Of a DNA stretch of 64,000 bases, positions 18,683 to 29,130 are shown piece after piece. Source of the stretch: Candidatus Latescibacterota bacterium (GTDB taxonomy: Bacteria; Latescibacterota; UBA2968; UBA8231); the NCBI GenBank assembly GCA_965203175.1, contig OZ241867.1, positions 3,520,001 to 3,584,000 on the forward strand. Direction: 5' to 3'. The first letter of the stretch is position 1; each line of letters starts with the position of its first letter. Under the pieces are notes generated by a model. It was not told where the DNA came from. It ran no database searches and was given only the letters and a program-made list of their open reading frames with translations. A program made the position numbers and the translations under genes.

Positions 18683-19860
18683 TCGGTCCCGTGCCGAATG
18701 GCCGAGGCTGCAAAGCGGATCTGAAAGCGAAAGACGCGCTTTTGCCGGCAGATGATTTCGTGCGTTTGGGGATCGATGCGGTGGGGGACCTCGATGTGGT
18801 TGACATCGACGAGGGCCTGATAGCCGCGCTCGGAAAAGATGTCGATCAACATGGCCAAGGCCAAAGGATTTTCAAAGAGTTCGTCCTCGGAGTTGACCAG
18901 CGTCATGCCGGTAATGGCATAGCGGGTGACAATGGGCATGAACTTGGAGTTGACTTTGTCGATGACCTGCTGGAACAGTTCGGGATGATCCTCGTTGTAG
19001 ATCTCTAGCCGCTTGACCAGCTCTTGGCGGGCGTAGAGCACGAGGCGGCTGGCCGGCGTGATGGTGCGGACGCGGTCGAAGGTTTTGTGCGAAAGCTCTA
19101 GCGAACTCTGGTAGGAAAACTCCTCCTCAATCTCCTGTTGCACCTTGGCGAGCGGCTGGCTGGCGTCGATGAAGCGAAAGTGGAAAATGGCGCGCAGCGA
19201 GCGCAGCGCCTCAAAGGTCGTCTCCTTGAAAACTTGGTAGCGCTTGCGCGCAGCCTCTGGGTCGAGGTCGGTGGCGCGGATCTCGGCGAGCTGGCCGACG
19301 CCTAACTCCGTAGTCTTGCGGTTGTGCTCCTGGGCCTCTCGGCCGCGGTGGAGTTGGCGCTCGACGCTGACTTCTTCATCGACAAAGAGCAACACGGTGC
19401 GGAAGAGGGGGCGCGGGAAGTCGTGATTGCGGAATTCCTCGCGCAATTCGGTCATCTTGTCGTAGAACAGCCTGAGGCACTCGACCTGCACTTGGGTACG
19501 CGGGAAGCCATCGACGATCACGCCGCGCTCGTAGATTGGGTCGAGTAGCTTGTGTAAGAGTAGATACGTGACCTCTTCGTCGCCGACTAAGCCGCCGGCG
19601 TCCTTGATCTGTTGGGCGCGGGGACTGTCGAGCAAGTCGCTGATCACGATGGCCGCGGCCGTAATGCCCCGCGCCTCGAGGATGAAGGGGGTATTGGTGC
19701 CCTTGCCAGCGCCGGGCGCGCCGCCGAGCCAGATGATTTCCCCGGGGAAGCAGAGCTTGGCGCGACCGAATTCTTGCTCTAGATCGCTCCAGACGCGGTC
19801 GAAGATCAGGCTGGCGTCCTTGATCTCGAGGTCGATGTGTTTGGATTTGGATTTCGCCAT
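18679..19860 (-). CDS. Extended adenylate kinase family (nucleoside monophosphate kinase) protein
   Basis: GGAPGAGKGT P-loop and VDGFPRT; long C-terminal extension. Confidence 0.85.
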   Translation of the reverse strand: MAKSKSKHIDLEIKDASLIFDRVWSDLEQEFGRAKLCFPGEIIWLGGAPGAGKGTNTPFILEARGITAAAIVISDLLDSPRAQQIKDAGGLVGDEEVTYLLLHKLLDPIYERGVIVDGFPRTQVQVECLRLFYDKMTELREEFRNHDFPRPLFRTVLLFVDEEVSVERQLHRGREAQEHNRKTTELGVGQLAEIRATDLDPEAARKRYQVFKETTFEALRSLRAIFHFRFIDASQPLAKVQQEIEEEFSYQSSLELSHKTFDRVRTITPASRLVLYARQELVKRLEIYNEDHPELFQQVIDKVNSKFMPIVTRYAITGMTLVNSEDELFENPLALAMLIDIFSERGYQALVDVNHIEVPHRIDPQTHEIICRQKRVFRFQIRFAASAIRHGTD

Positions 19861-19879
19861 GCGCTTTTGTGGCCGGCTG

Positions 19880-20236
19880 CTATAGGCTGCGGAACGGTTC
19901 CTTATTGACCAACTCTTCTACGACCTGTCCGCCGAGCAAGTGCTCTTGGATGATGCGCTCTAGCTTTTCGACGGTCATGGAGTGGTACCAGACGCCCTCG
20001 GGATACACCACGACCGTCGGCCCGGATTCGCAGACGCGCAGGCAATCGGCCTTGGTGCGGTGAATGCCGCCCTTGCCCGGATGGCCATAGCCCAATTCGG
20101 ACAACCGCTTTTTCAGGTATTCCCAGCAGTCGGCCCCGGTGCCGTCGCTGTGGCACTTGGGCTTGGTGGGCGTGGCGCAGAGAAAGATGTGACGCTCTAC
20201 CGGAGTGTAGGTCGGATCCGTGGTGTGCTCGCTCAT
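19880..20236 (-). CDS. Thioredoxin-like [2Fe-2S] ferredoxin
   Basis: HIFLC...[21 protein letters not shown] and IIQEHL motifs. Confidence 0.9.
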   Translation of the reverse strand: MSEHTTDPTYTPVERHIFLCATPTKPKCHSDGTGADCWEYLKKRLSELGYGHPGKGGIHRTKADCLRVCESGPTVVVYPEGVWYHSMTVEKLERIIQEHLLGGQVVEELVNKEPFRSL

Positions 20237-20237
20237 G

Positions 20238-21551
20238 TTAGACCTGCCAGGGTTGGTCGAGGGGGCGATGGGTGAAGGGGCGCTGCTGCTGGCCGTCGTA
20301 CATATCGACGATGTGGCCGTCCCCTTGGAGAATGTACTTGTAGATGACGAGGCCCTCTAGGCCTACCGGGCCGCGGCTGTGCAGGCGGTTGGTGCTGATG
20401 CCGACCTCAGCCCCTAGCCCGTATTTGAAGCCATCGGCAAAGCGCGTCGAAGCATTGTGGATCACCGAGGCCGAATCCACCTCGCGCAAAAAGGTGTGCG
20501 CAGCCTCTGGGTCCTCGGTTACGATCGCGTCGGTGTGGTGGCTGCCGTACGCGTTGATGTGGTCGATGGCCTCGGCCGTGCTATCGACGACTTTTACTGC
20601 TAACATCAAGTCCAAGTATTCGGTGGACCAGTCGGATTCAGTGGCTGGTTTGACTTGCCCGTTGGCGTTGGCGAGGGCGAGGGCGCGCTCGTCGCCGCGC
20701 AACTCCACGTCCCTGTCGAGCAGCGCCGGCACGGCCTGTTGCAAAAAGGCCGGGGCAATGCCACTGTGGACGAGCAGGGTCTCGGCTGCGTTGCACACGG
20801 CCACGTACTGAGTCTTGGCATCGACGGCGATTTGCACGGCCTTGTCCAGATCCGCGCTGGCATCGACGTACACGTGGCAGACCCCGTCGGCGTGGCCCAT
20901 GACCGGAATCTTGGTATTGTGCATGATGTATTGCACAAACTCGTTGCTGCCGCGCGGGATGATGAGGTCGATCAGGTCTTCTTCGCCGAGGAGGGCGCGG
21001 ACTTCCTCGCGGCCGGGCAGGAGTGTCATCCACCCCTCTGGCAGGATACCTTGCGTGGCTTGGCACATTATCTCGGCGAGGGCCTGATTGGTCACGGTGG
21101 CCTCGCGTCCTCCCTTGAGCAGGGCGGCATTGCCGGATTTGAGGCACAGGGAGGCGATCTGTACCAAGGCGTCGGGCCGGGATTCAAAGATCACGCCGAT
21201 CACGCCGATGGGCACGGTCACGCGATAGAGGTGGAGCTGGTCGTCTAGCTCGGTCGCGCTCTGGGTCTGGCCGAGGGGATCGGGCTGGGCGCAGACGTCG
21301 CGCACCATCTCCACTGTGCTGGCGAATTTGTGTCCGCTCAGATCGAGCCGCTTGAGCAAGGGCGAGGCCAGCCCATCTTGCTCGCCGGCTTTTAGGTCTT
21401 CAGCGTTGGCTGCCAAGATGCGCTCGCGATTTGCTTCGAGGGCCGCGGCAATGGCTTCGAGGGCTTGGTTGCGCACCTCCTCGGACGTTGCGGCGAGCAC
21501 GCGTGACGCTGCGCGGGCCGCTAGGGCTTGTTGGCGCACTTGATCGGACAT
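20238..21551 (-). CDS. proA: Gamma-glutamyl phosphate reductase
   Basis: [22 protein letters not shown] and [20 protein letters not shown] motifs. Confidence 0.96.
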   Translation of the reverse strand: MSDQVRQQALAARAASRVLAATSEEVRNQALEAIAAALEANRERILAANAEDLKAGEQDGLASPLLKRLDLSGHKFASTVEMVRDVCAQPDPLGQTQSATELDDQLHLYRVTVPIGVIGVIFESRPDALVQIASLCLKSGNAALLKGGREATVTNQALAEIMCQATQGILPEGWMTLLPGREEVRALLGEEDLIDLIIPRGSNEFVQYIMHNTKIPVMGHADGVCHVYVDASADLDKAVQIAVDAKTQYVAVCNAAETLLVHSGIAPAFLQQAVPALLDRDVELRGDERALALANANGQVKPATESDWSTEYLDLMLAVKVVDSTAEAIDHINAYGSHHTDAIVTEDPEAAHTFLREVDSASVIHNASTRFADGFKYGLGAEVGISTNRLHSRGPVGLEGLVIYKYILQGDGHIVDMYDGQQQRPFTHRPLDQPWQV

Positions 21552-21553
21552 GT

Positions 21554-23452
21554 CTAACTCTCCTCGGTCGCGTGCTCTGTGGCCGCGCCCATGATGGACT
21601 GCAAGCTCTGGCTCAGCCGCTGTGGATCCTCGACCGTGCCCTCGCCCAGTAAGACGAAATCAACTAGAAAATGCGCCCAGCTTTCCAATTGCTCGGAGTC
21701 GCGGTCGCGCTTGAGCACGGCGGCCATGTTGCGGATGATGGGGTGTTGGCGATTGATTTCTAGCGTGCGCAGCGAGCCCTTGAACTCTTGGTCGGTCATT
21801 TGCATCAGCCGCTCCATGTTGCGGCTCAAGCCGCCTTGACTGGCGACCAGCAGGCAAGGGCTGTCGGTCAGCCGCTTGGACTCGACCACGTCTTCGACTC
21901 GGCCGGCGAGCTTCTGCTTGAGAAAGGAAATCAGTTCGATGGTCTCGGCCTTCTGCTCATCGACGCCCTCCAACTCGACTGCGTCTTCTTCTAAGTCCAG
22001 TTCGGCCGCATCCACGCCAGCGAATTCTTTGTCGGCGAACTTTTGCAGCCCTTGGACGACCCATTCATCGACCGGCTGGTCGAAGTAGAGCACCTCTAGG
22101 CCGCGTTTGCGGAAGGTTTCCAGCAGGGGGCTTTGGGCAATGGCTTCTTTGCTCTCGCCGGCGAGGTAGTAGATTTTGTCCTGCTCGCTCTGCATCCGAT
22201 CGACGTAGGTCTGCAGCGAGATGTAGGGCGTGTCGTCATCGGCTAGCGAGGAGCGGTAGCGCAGGAGCTTGGCGAGCTGGGCTTGGTGCGCGGCATCGGT
22301 GGCCACGCCCTCTTTGAGGATGGTGCCGCAGGCGTGCCAAAAGGTCATGTACTGGTCCTCGTCCTTTTTGGCCATGCCCTCTAACATGCCGATGATGCGC
22401 CGCACCAAGGTGGCGCGGATTTTGGTGATGATGGGATTTTGCTGGAGGGTTTCGCGCGAGACGTTGAGCGGCAAGTCGTCGCAGTCAACCACTCCGCGCA
22501 CAAAGCGCAGCCACAGCGGCAAAAGCTCCTTGCAGTCGTCTTGGATAAAGACCCGCGCAACGTGCAGGTTGAGCGAGATCGTCGGCTCTGTGTGCAGCCA
22601 TTGAATTGGTGCGCGCTTGGGGATGTAGAGCACGGCGTAGAACTGGATCGGCACATCCACGACAATGTGCTCGCGCGCGAGCGGCTCTTCGGGATCGCCG
22701 GTCAGGTGTGTGTAAAATTCATTGTACTGCTCGGGGGTGATTTCGTTGCGCGGCCGGGTCCACAGCGCGGCCGTGTCGTTGACTTGTTTGCCAGCGACCT
22801 TGATGGGGTAGGCGACAAAATCCGAGTGCTTGCGGATGATGGATTCTAGCCGGTGAGCATCGAGGAATTCCTCGCAGTCCGAGCGGATGTAGATCTTGAT
22901 CTCCGTGCCGCGATCGGCTTTGTCCGCTTGGGATAGAGTGTAGGCTCCGTCGCCGGTGGATTCCCACAGCACCCCTTCGGCTTCTGGGTCGGCCGCGCGC
23001 GTGGTGATCACTACTCGGTCGGCGACCATGAAGACCGAGTAGAAGCCCACCCCGAATTGGCCGATCAGTTTGAGCTTTTCTTGCTCGTCGTCGGCTTCGG
23101 CTAGCTGTTGGGCAAACTCAGCCGAGCCGGAGCGGGCAATGGTGCCGATATTTTCACTGATCTCGTCGCGGGTCATGCCGATTCCGCGGTCGCGGATCGT
23201 CAGGGTCTTATTGCTGCTCGATACCTCGATCTCAATGTCCAATTCGGCGTCTGGGTCGAGGATATTGCGGTCGGTCAGCGAGCGGTGATGGATTTTGTCC
23301 AGTGCGTCCGAGGCGTTGGAAATCAGCTCGCGCAAGAAAATTTCTTTTTGGGTGTACAGCGAGTGAACCAACAGGTGGAGTAGCTGTTGGACCTCGGTTT
23401 GAAAAGCCCGTTTTTCGACCTGTGGGTCTTCGGTTTGGACATCTTCGGACAT
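21554..23452 (-). CDS. htpG: Molecular chaperone HtpG (Hsp90)
   Basis: EIFLRELISNASDA, IGQFGVGFYS and DLPLNVSRE motifs; start set at MSEDVQ after the RBS. Confidence 0.96.
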   Translation of the reverse strand: MSEDVQTEDPQVEKRAFQTEVQQLLHLLVHSLYTQKEIFLRELISNASDALDKIHHRSLTDRNILDPDAELDIEIEVSSSNKTLTIRDRGIGMTRDEISENIGTIARSGSAEFAQQLAEADDEQEKLKLIGQFGVGFYSVFMVADRVVITTRAADPEAEGVLWESTGDGAYTLSQADKADRGTEIKIYIRSDCEEFLDAHRLESIIRKHSDFVAYPIKVAGKQVNDTAALWTRPRNEITPEQYNEFYTHLTGDPEEPLAREHIVVDVPIQFYAVLYIPKRAPIQWLHTEPTISLNLHVARVFIQDDCKELLPLWLRFVRGVVDCDDLPLNVSRETLQQNPIITKIRATLVRRIIGMLEGMAKKDEDQYMTFWHACGTILKEGVATDAAHQAQLAKLLRYRSSLADDDTPYISLQTYVDRMQSEQDKIYYLAGESKEAIAQSPLLETFRKRGLEVLYFDQPVDEWVVQGLQKFADKEFAGVDAAELDLEEDAVELEGVDEQKAETIELISFLKQKLAGRVEDVVESKRLTDSPCLLVASQGGLSRNMERLMQMTDQEFKGSLRTLEINRQHPIIRNMAAVLKRDRDSEQLESWAHFLVDFVLLGEGTVEDPQRLSQSLQSIMGAATEHATEES

Positions 23453-23572
23453 CTTGTTGCAACTCCTTTGGCGCTTGTGTTGACGAAACCCCAAAGGTAA
23501 GAAAGATCACCTGCAAAGCAAGTTCGACCTGCGCCCTTGTAGCGAGGGCTGGACGAGCTATTTTCAGGCTAC

Positions 23573-24814
23573 GTGCAAACTTACGATCTCATCATCGTCG
23601 GCGGCGGTCCGGCCGGTGCCACGGCCGCGCTATATGCGCAGCGCCATGGGTTGGCGGCTCTGTTGCTGGACAAGCAGTGCTTTCCCCGCGACAAGATCTG
23701 CGGCGACGCCCTATCCGGCAAGACGGTGGCCATCCTCCACGAACTGGGGCTGTTTGAGGGGCTGTGCGACCTGCCTGGGGCGGCTGTTGCCCGCATTGTC
23801 TTCGGCAGCCCAGACGCGAGCGCTGCGTCTATCGACCTGAGTCGCTATGAGTTGCACAACGCCCTGACAGGTCGGGTACTGCCAATGGAGGGGTTTGTCA
23901 TCCGCCGTGAGGTCTTTGATGACTTTCTCTTTGCCAAGGCGCGGGCTGCGGCTGCCCACACCTTGGAGGGTTTTGCCGTGCGCGAGCTTCTGAGAGAGGG
24001 CGAGCAGGTCTGTGGGGTGCGGGGGCGTACAGCGGACGGCACGCGTTTGGAATTTCGCGCGCCCTTGGTGTTGGGGTGCGATGGGTTCAATTCGATAGTC
24101 GCCCGCAAGAGTGGGTTGTATCGCCACGAGAGCCGTGATTGGATGGTGGCCTTGCGGCAGTACTTCGAGGGCGTGGCGGGTCTGAGCGATCAGATCGAAT
24201 TGCACTTTATAGACGAAGTGCGGCCTGGGTATTTTTGGATTTTTCCCCTAGAGGGCGACCGCGCCAATGTCGGCATCGGCATGGATCATCGGGATATCAA
24301 GGTGCGCGGCATCGATCTCAAGGATTCGCTCGCAGCCGCGGTGGCGAGCACGACCTTTGGCGCACGCTTCCGCGATGCCCGCCCTCTTGAAGACCCGGTC
24401 GGCTGGAATTTGCCGGTTGGCTCGCGGCGGCGACCGGCGCACGGGAATGGCTTTTTGCTTTTGGGCGATGCGGCCGGTCTGATTGACCCGTTCACGGGCG
24501 AGGGCATTGGCAATGCTCTGTACTCGGCTCGTTTTGCTGTGGAGACTGCAACTCAAGCTCGGGGGGTGGGGGATTATTCGGCTGGTTTTTTACGCCGCTA
24601 TGAGGATCGGTTGTGGGATGCGCTGGGCAGCGAGCTAAAGCTGAGCACCAAGCTGCACAATTTGGGCCGTTGGCCCTACTTGATGAACTTGGTCGTTCGC
24701 AAGGCCGCCAAAAATGCCGAGGTCAGCGACATGATCTGTGGCATGATGGCCGACGCCGTGCCGCGCAAGATGTTGACGAATCCGCTGTTTTACCTCCGAC
24801 TGATTTGGAAGTGA
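23573..24814 (+). CDS. Geranylgeranyl reductase family FAD-dependent oxidoreductase
   Basis: GGGPAG, FPRDKICGD, GYFWIFP and GDAAGLIDPFTGEGI motifs. Confidence 0.9.
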   Translation: MQTYDLIIVGGGPAGATAALYAQRHGLAALLLDKQCFPRDKICGDALSGKTVAILHELGLFEGLCDLPGAAVARIVFGSPDASAASIDLSRYELHNALTGRVLPMEGFVIRREVFDDFLFAKARAAAAHTLEGFAVRELLREGEQVCGVRGRTADGTRLEFRAPLVLGCDGFNSIVARKSGLYRHESRDWMVALRQYFEGVAGLSDQIELHFIDEVRPGYFWIFPLEGDRANVGIGMDHRDIKVRGIDLKDSLAAAVASTTFGARFRDARPLEDPVGWNLPVGSRRRPAHGNGFLLLGDAAGLIDPFTGEGIGNALYSARFAVETATQARGVGDYSAGFLRRYEDRLWDALGSELKLSTKLHNLGRWPYLMNLVVRKAAKNAEVSDMICGMMADAVPRKMLTNPLFYLRLIWK

Positions 24815-24990
24815 ACACTCTGTCGGCTAACGTGCGACAGCTTCCTGACGACTTGGATCCGCCGCAGAGTGTGGATCGGATGGCCTTGTCCGCTCGTGTA
24901 TCTGGCCGCTCATTAATAGAATGGCAGGGCTAAGTGAAAATCTCTTGGCCTTGGCGCTTCAAGCCGCGAGTGCAGGAAAAGGAGTCCATC

Positions 24991-26601
24991 ATGATGGGTT
25001 TCAGAAAAACACATCCAATGGGTAGAAGTGGGGCCACTTTATTGCTTATAGCTCTGATGGGAGTGTGCTGCCTTTCAACCTCTGCACAAGCAACAGATAT
25101 GAAGTATAGCCAAGTGCGGATCTTTATTGCTAGCAAAGAAGATCTCCGCTCACTGCAACGAGCCGGCCTGTATTTTGACCATATCCGCTTAAACGGGGAT
25201 TCCTTTGATGTGGTACTGAACGAACACGACCTGGACCTACTGCAACGCATAGGTAGACCGTATGAGATTCTAATTGATGATATGGTCGCCGACTACCGGC
25301 AAAGAGCGGCCCTGCCAGCGGCTAAGCGGGCGGTGTTAGAGCAGACGATCAAAGAGGAATATCCGGTTCAAGGACTCAGATTGGGCAGTATGGGCGGGAT
25401 GTATACCTTCGATGAAGTGGTGACCGCATTGGATTCCATGCGCCTGGTATATCCGCATCTTATTTCTGCTAAACAATCCATAGGCTCATCTTATGAAGGC
25501 AGACCCATTTGGATGGTGAAAATATCCGATAACCCCGGTGCAGATGAGGCTGAGCCCGAGATTCTGTATACAGCCCTCCACCATGCCAGCGAACCTATGA
25601 GTCTTATGGTCGTGCTTTACTTCATGTACTATCTGCTGGAGCAGTACGGGCAAGATCTGGCGGTGACCTCTCTGGTGAATAATCGGGAACTCTACTTCGT
25701 TCCTGTAGTAAACCCCGACGGGTATGTCTATGCCGAAAAGTTGAATCCAGAAGGTGGGCAGGGTTGGAGAGGCAATCGCAATTTATCAGCTAGTGAACAT
25801 GGCGTGGATCTCAATCGGAATTATGGATTTGAGTGGGCGGGGCACGATATCCCATACTGGGGTAGCGCTCCATTTTCCGAACCCGAGACCCAGGCCATGC
25901 GGGATTTCTGCATTGGCCGCGAATTTAAACTTGCGCTCAATTATCACGATTTTAGCAAGAGGTGTTTGCTCCATCCCTGGGGGTACAACTTCAATATAGT
26001 TCACACACCGGATTCTACCACCTACAGGGAGCTTGGGGCCAAGATGACAGCGCTCAATGGATACCCGTATGGACCTGTAGTCGAGCTAATTTACGAATCA
26101 CCGGGCGCCCACGATGACTGGATGTATGGTGAACAAGAGGTAAAGAACAAGATTATGGCTATGGCACCGGAAGTAGGGGCCGGCTTCTGGCCTAGGCCGG
26201 ATTCGATCTTTGTCTTTGCTCATAGGATGCTTCACATGAATCTGGTCTTGGCTCAGGGGCCAGGTGTTATTCCTCCAAACGTTTTGTCAGACATAGAAGA
26301 AAGCGATTCTGACATCTTACCGATGGCCTTCACTTTACTCCAGAGCTACCCCAATCCTTTCAACGCAAGCACAACGATCACGTATCAACTTCCCCAGACT
26401 AGTGATATACAGTTAGCCATCTATAATCTGGACGGACAGAAAGTAGCCACCCTGGTCGCGGGCACCCGAGAACCTGGCATCTACACTTTGCTCTGGGACG
26501 GCCGCGATGATGACAGCCACGCCCTGGCCAGCGGCGTATATTTGTACCGACTTAAGACGGGGACACAAGCACAGACGCGGAAGCTTTTATTACTCCGGTG
26601 A
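24991..26601 (+). CDS. M14 zinc carboxypeptidase (carboxypeptidase T-like) with FlgD/T9SS-like C-terminal domain
   Basis: HHASEP, VVNPDG, GVDLNRNY and PFSEPET motifs; C-terminal YPNPFN...WDGRD...SGVYLYRL; exact start uncertain. Confidence 0.88.
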   Translation: MMGFRKTHPMGRSGATLLLIALMGVCCLSTSAQATDMKYSQVRIFIASKEDLRSLQRAGLYFDHIRLNGDSFDVVLNEHDLDLLQRIGRPYEILIDDMVADYRQRAALPAAKRAVLEQTIKEEYPVQGLRLGSMGGMYTFDEVVTALDSMRLVYPHLISAKQSIGSSYEGRPIWMVKISDNPGADEAEPEILYTALHHASEPMSLMVVLYFMYYLLEQYGQDLAVTSLVNNRELYFVPVVNPDGYVYAEKLNPEGGQGWRGNRNLSASEHGVDLNRNYGFEWAGHDIPYWGSAPFSEPETQAMRDFCIGREFKLALNYHDFSKRCLLHPWGYNFNIVHTPDSTTYRELGAKMTALNGYPYGPVVELIYESPGAHDDWMYGEQEVKNKIMAMAPEVGAGFWPRPDSIFVFAHRMLHMNLVLAQGPGVIPPNVLSDIEESDSDILPMAFTLLQSYPNPFNASTTITYQLPQTSDIQLAIYNLDGQKVATLVAGTREPGIYTLLWDGRDDDSHALASGVYLYRLKTGTQAQTRKLLLLR

Positions 26602-26610
26602 TCCACGAAT

Positions 26611-26641
26611 CGCCATGCTTGCCGTCCTAGCAAGCATGGCG
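26611..26641. terminator. Perfect 12-bp hairpin after the carboxypeptidase gene
   Basis: CGCCATGCTTGC-7 nt-GCAAGCATGGCG; no U-tract. Confidence 0.45.
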
Positions 26642-26740
26642 TGGGCTACAGATACCAGAATTTTGGGGACTTCTACCCTGAGCTTCTTGCCGCTTTTGAC
26701 TCCATCGACTGAGCTAACGAGACTTGATTGGACCAACGAT

Positions 26741-26813
26741 GTATAACAGCACGTTTTGCGCTGCGGCGACCCCTCGACAAGCTCGGGGTTCGCAAACCGA
26801 AGAAACGATAGCT
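26741..26813 (+). other. Degenerate attC-like site
   Basis: GTATAAC ... GTTTTGCG/CGCAAAC arms ... AAC-GATAGCT (GTT mutated); shares GCTGCG with the other attC sites. Confidence 0.6.
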
Positions 26814-26847
26814 GAAATTGAATCAGGAATGCAGAGAATAATGTGAT

Positions 26848-27462
26848 ATGTCGCTGGGTAAGGTCACTTGTTTTATAACGCGTAGCTTGGACGGCCGAAA
26901 GCACTTTCTCCTACTAAAGCACCCCTACGCCGGAAATCAAATACCTGCCGGGACAGTGGAAAAGGGAGAATCCTTTGTCGCTGCGGCACTCCGGGAGGCC
27001 CGCGAAGAAACGGGTCTAGACGGATTGAATGTTGTCGCAGAACTTTTGTCGGAACGGGAGAAGTTACCTCCCAACACAGCCGTCATCCAGCAGACTTCCA
27101 CTGTATACTCTCGACCAGACACTGGCAGTTTTGATTGGGTTACGATTCGCAGAGGTATTCGCGTTGATACCCGAGAAACTGAAAACGGTTTCGTGCAAAT
27201 CGATTATGTAGAAAAAGAGTTGCTCGGTTCGGATAGGATCTCATTTCAAATAACTGGCTGGATACCACAAGATGCTCTGACGACCAATGTTGTGCGTAAG
27301 CACTATCACTTAAGTTGCGCAGCAAGTGATGAGCTTGAGTGGGAAGTCTTTTCTGATCACCACAAGTTTGTCCTAATGTGGCATCCGTTGGCCGAAGATC
27401 CCCAATTGCAGGAACCATTTGGGGAGTGGTTCGACTCCGTCAAGAAGCATCTCGTTGATTAG
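26848..27462 (+). CDS. NUDIX hydrolase (cassette-like)
   Basis: Nudix box GTVEKGESFVAAALREAREETGL. Confidence 0.9.
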   Translation: MSLGKVTCFITRSLDGRKHFLLLKHPYAGNQIPAGTVEKGESFVAAALREAREETGLDGLNVVAELLSEREKLPPNTAVIQQTSTVYSRPDTGSFDWVTIRRGIRVDTRETENGFVQIDYVEKELLGSDRISFQITGWIPQDALTTNVVRKHYHLSCAASDELEWEVFSDHHKFVLMWHPLAEDPQLQEPFGEWFDSVKKHLVD

Positions 27463-27492
27463 CTGCGGTTCGGGGGCATTTCAACGTTAGGC
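27462..27492 (+). other. Truncated attC remnant
   Basis: GCTGCG...TTCAAC-GTTAGGC canonical core just upstream of the next gene. Confidence 0.5.
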
Positions 27493-27516
27493 GTCATATG
27501 ATGAGAAGAGCAACTC

Positions 27517-28335
27517 ATGACCTCAAGTGAAGCCACAACCTCTCTCGGCACGTTCGCTTGGTTCGGCTACCAACTGCCTCTTGCTAAACGCTTGAAGCTG
27601 ATCAAGCAGAGTGGTTTCAGTCACACCTTTCTGTGGATGGGAAGTTCGGAATCCTTGGTGGAATCGGGTCGTGCTCACGAAATGCCGGGAATGGTTGCAG
27701 ATGCCGGGCTTGCCGTCGATCACGCCCATGCGATATATGAAAACGCAAATGCTTTCTGGTCTGATAAGCCCAGCGAACGCGACGCATTGGTCAATGAGAA
27801 CCTCAAGTTAATAGAGTATTGCAGTCGGCATTCGATTTCCTGCATCGTGCTTCACGTAATCAAGGGATCAACACCGCCTCCGCCGCACGTGGAAGGCTTG
27901 GAGATTTTTCGCCGGTTGGGCGAGGAGGCAGCAGATGCTGGGGTCGAGTTGGCTCTTGAGAATACAAGGGGAACCAATCACTTAGACCTCATTCTAAATG
28001 AAGTTCCTTTGGACAGCCTAGGCTTGTGCTACGATAGCTCCCACGACTACTTGCATTCCAGCACTCCTAGCGCTGTGCTTGACAAATGGGCGCATCGTCT
28101 CATCACGACGCACTTTTCAGACACCGACGGACAGGGCGACGTTCACTGGTTGCCGATGAAAGGAATCGCAGATTGGGATGCCGTTTCGAGAGCATATCCC
28201 ACATCGCACCAAGGCCCAATCATGATTGAGGCCGTGCCCCAGGATCGCGCGCAACCGCCCACTGAGTTTCTTGCAGACGCGTACGCAACAGCGATCAAAC
28301 TGAGGGCGAAACTGGTTGCGGACAACAATCAATGA
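27517..28335 (+). CDS. Sugar phosphate isomerase/epimerase (AP endonuclease 2 TIM barrel)
   Basis: LALEN, LCYDSSH and THFSDTDGQGDVHWLP..G motifs. Confidence 0.85.
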   Translation: MTSSEATTSLGTFAWFGYQLPLAKRLKLIKQSGFSHTFLWMGSSESLVESGRAHEMPGMVADAGLAVDHAHAIYENANAFWSDKPSERDALVNENLKLIEYCSRHSISCIVLHVIKGSTPPPPHVEGLEIFRRLGEEAADAGVELALENTRGTNHLDLILNEVPLDSLGLCYDSSHDYLHSSTPSAVLDKWAHRLITTHFSDTDGQGDVHWLPMKGIADWDAVSRAYPTSHQGPIMIEAVPQDRAQPPTEFLADAYATAIKLRAKLVADNNQ

Positions 28336-28366
28336 ATCGGCTATGTAAAAGGAGGGAATTCTAAGG

Positions 28367-29089
28367 GTGATAAAGCGTAGTGTTAGCCTTTTGGCTTTGT
28401 TATGCGGCCTGTTGTGGAGCGTCCACCCCTGCGATGCTCAGACCGCAGAGAGACAGGTTGCACAGAGCCTGGTGCGTACTATTGAGATGCAATATCTGCT
28501 GTATTTGCCACCTGCATATGACAGCAGCGAAGAGAAATGGCCGTTGCTCTTGTTCTTGCACGGAGCGGGCGAGCGTGGAGACGACCTTGAGCTAGTGAAA
28601 GTCCACGGTCCTCCGAAAATGATAGCGCAGGGGAGGGACTTTCCCTTCGTGGTCGTCTCGCCGCAGTGTCCAAAGGATGAGTGGTGGTCCGTGGACGCGC
28701 TGGATGATCTCCTAAACGAGATCGTTGAGACCTATCGCATCGATACGGCTAGGATCTATGTGACCGGCTTGAGTATGGGAGGATATGCGACGTGGGGACT
28801 AGCCTGTACCTATCCCGAGCGTTTCGCGGCCGTCGTTCCCATCTGTGGTGGTGGGGATCGAGAAAAAGCGCCCTTAATAAAGGAGGTCCCGACCTGGGTT
28901 TTCCACGGCGCAAAAGACGAGGCAGTGCCGTTGCAACAATCTCAGGAGATGGTTGATGCGCTCAAGGAGGCCGGGAGCGATGTCCGCTTTACTGTGTACC
29001 CTGAAGGGGGCCACGTGGAAGCGTGGCAAAATGCATACGGCGATCCTGCCCTGTGGGAGTGGTTGGCAAAGCAGCGCCGGGCGAAGTGA
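28367..29089 (+). CDS. Secreted alpha/beta hydrolase (phospholipase/peptidase S9-like)
   Basis: FLHGAGERG, GLSMGG nucleophile, WVFHGAKD and GGH motifs. Confidence 0.9.
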   Translation: MIKRSVSLLALLCGLLWSVHPCDAQTAERQVAQSLVRTIEMQYLLYLPPAYDSSEEKWPLLLFLHGAGERGDDLELVKVHGPPKMIAQGRDFPFVVVSPQCPKDEWWSVDALDDLLNEIVETYRIDTARIYVTGLSMGGYATWGLACTYPERFAAVVPICGGGDREKAPLIKEVPTWVFHGAKDEAVPLQQSQEMVDALKEAGSDVRFTVYPEGGHVEAWQNAYGDPALWEWLAKQRRAK

Positions 29090-29130
29090 AGACACTAAAA
29101 CCCCGGTTTGCTTTTAAAAAGAGATTAGTA

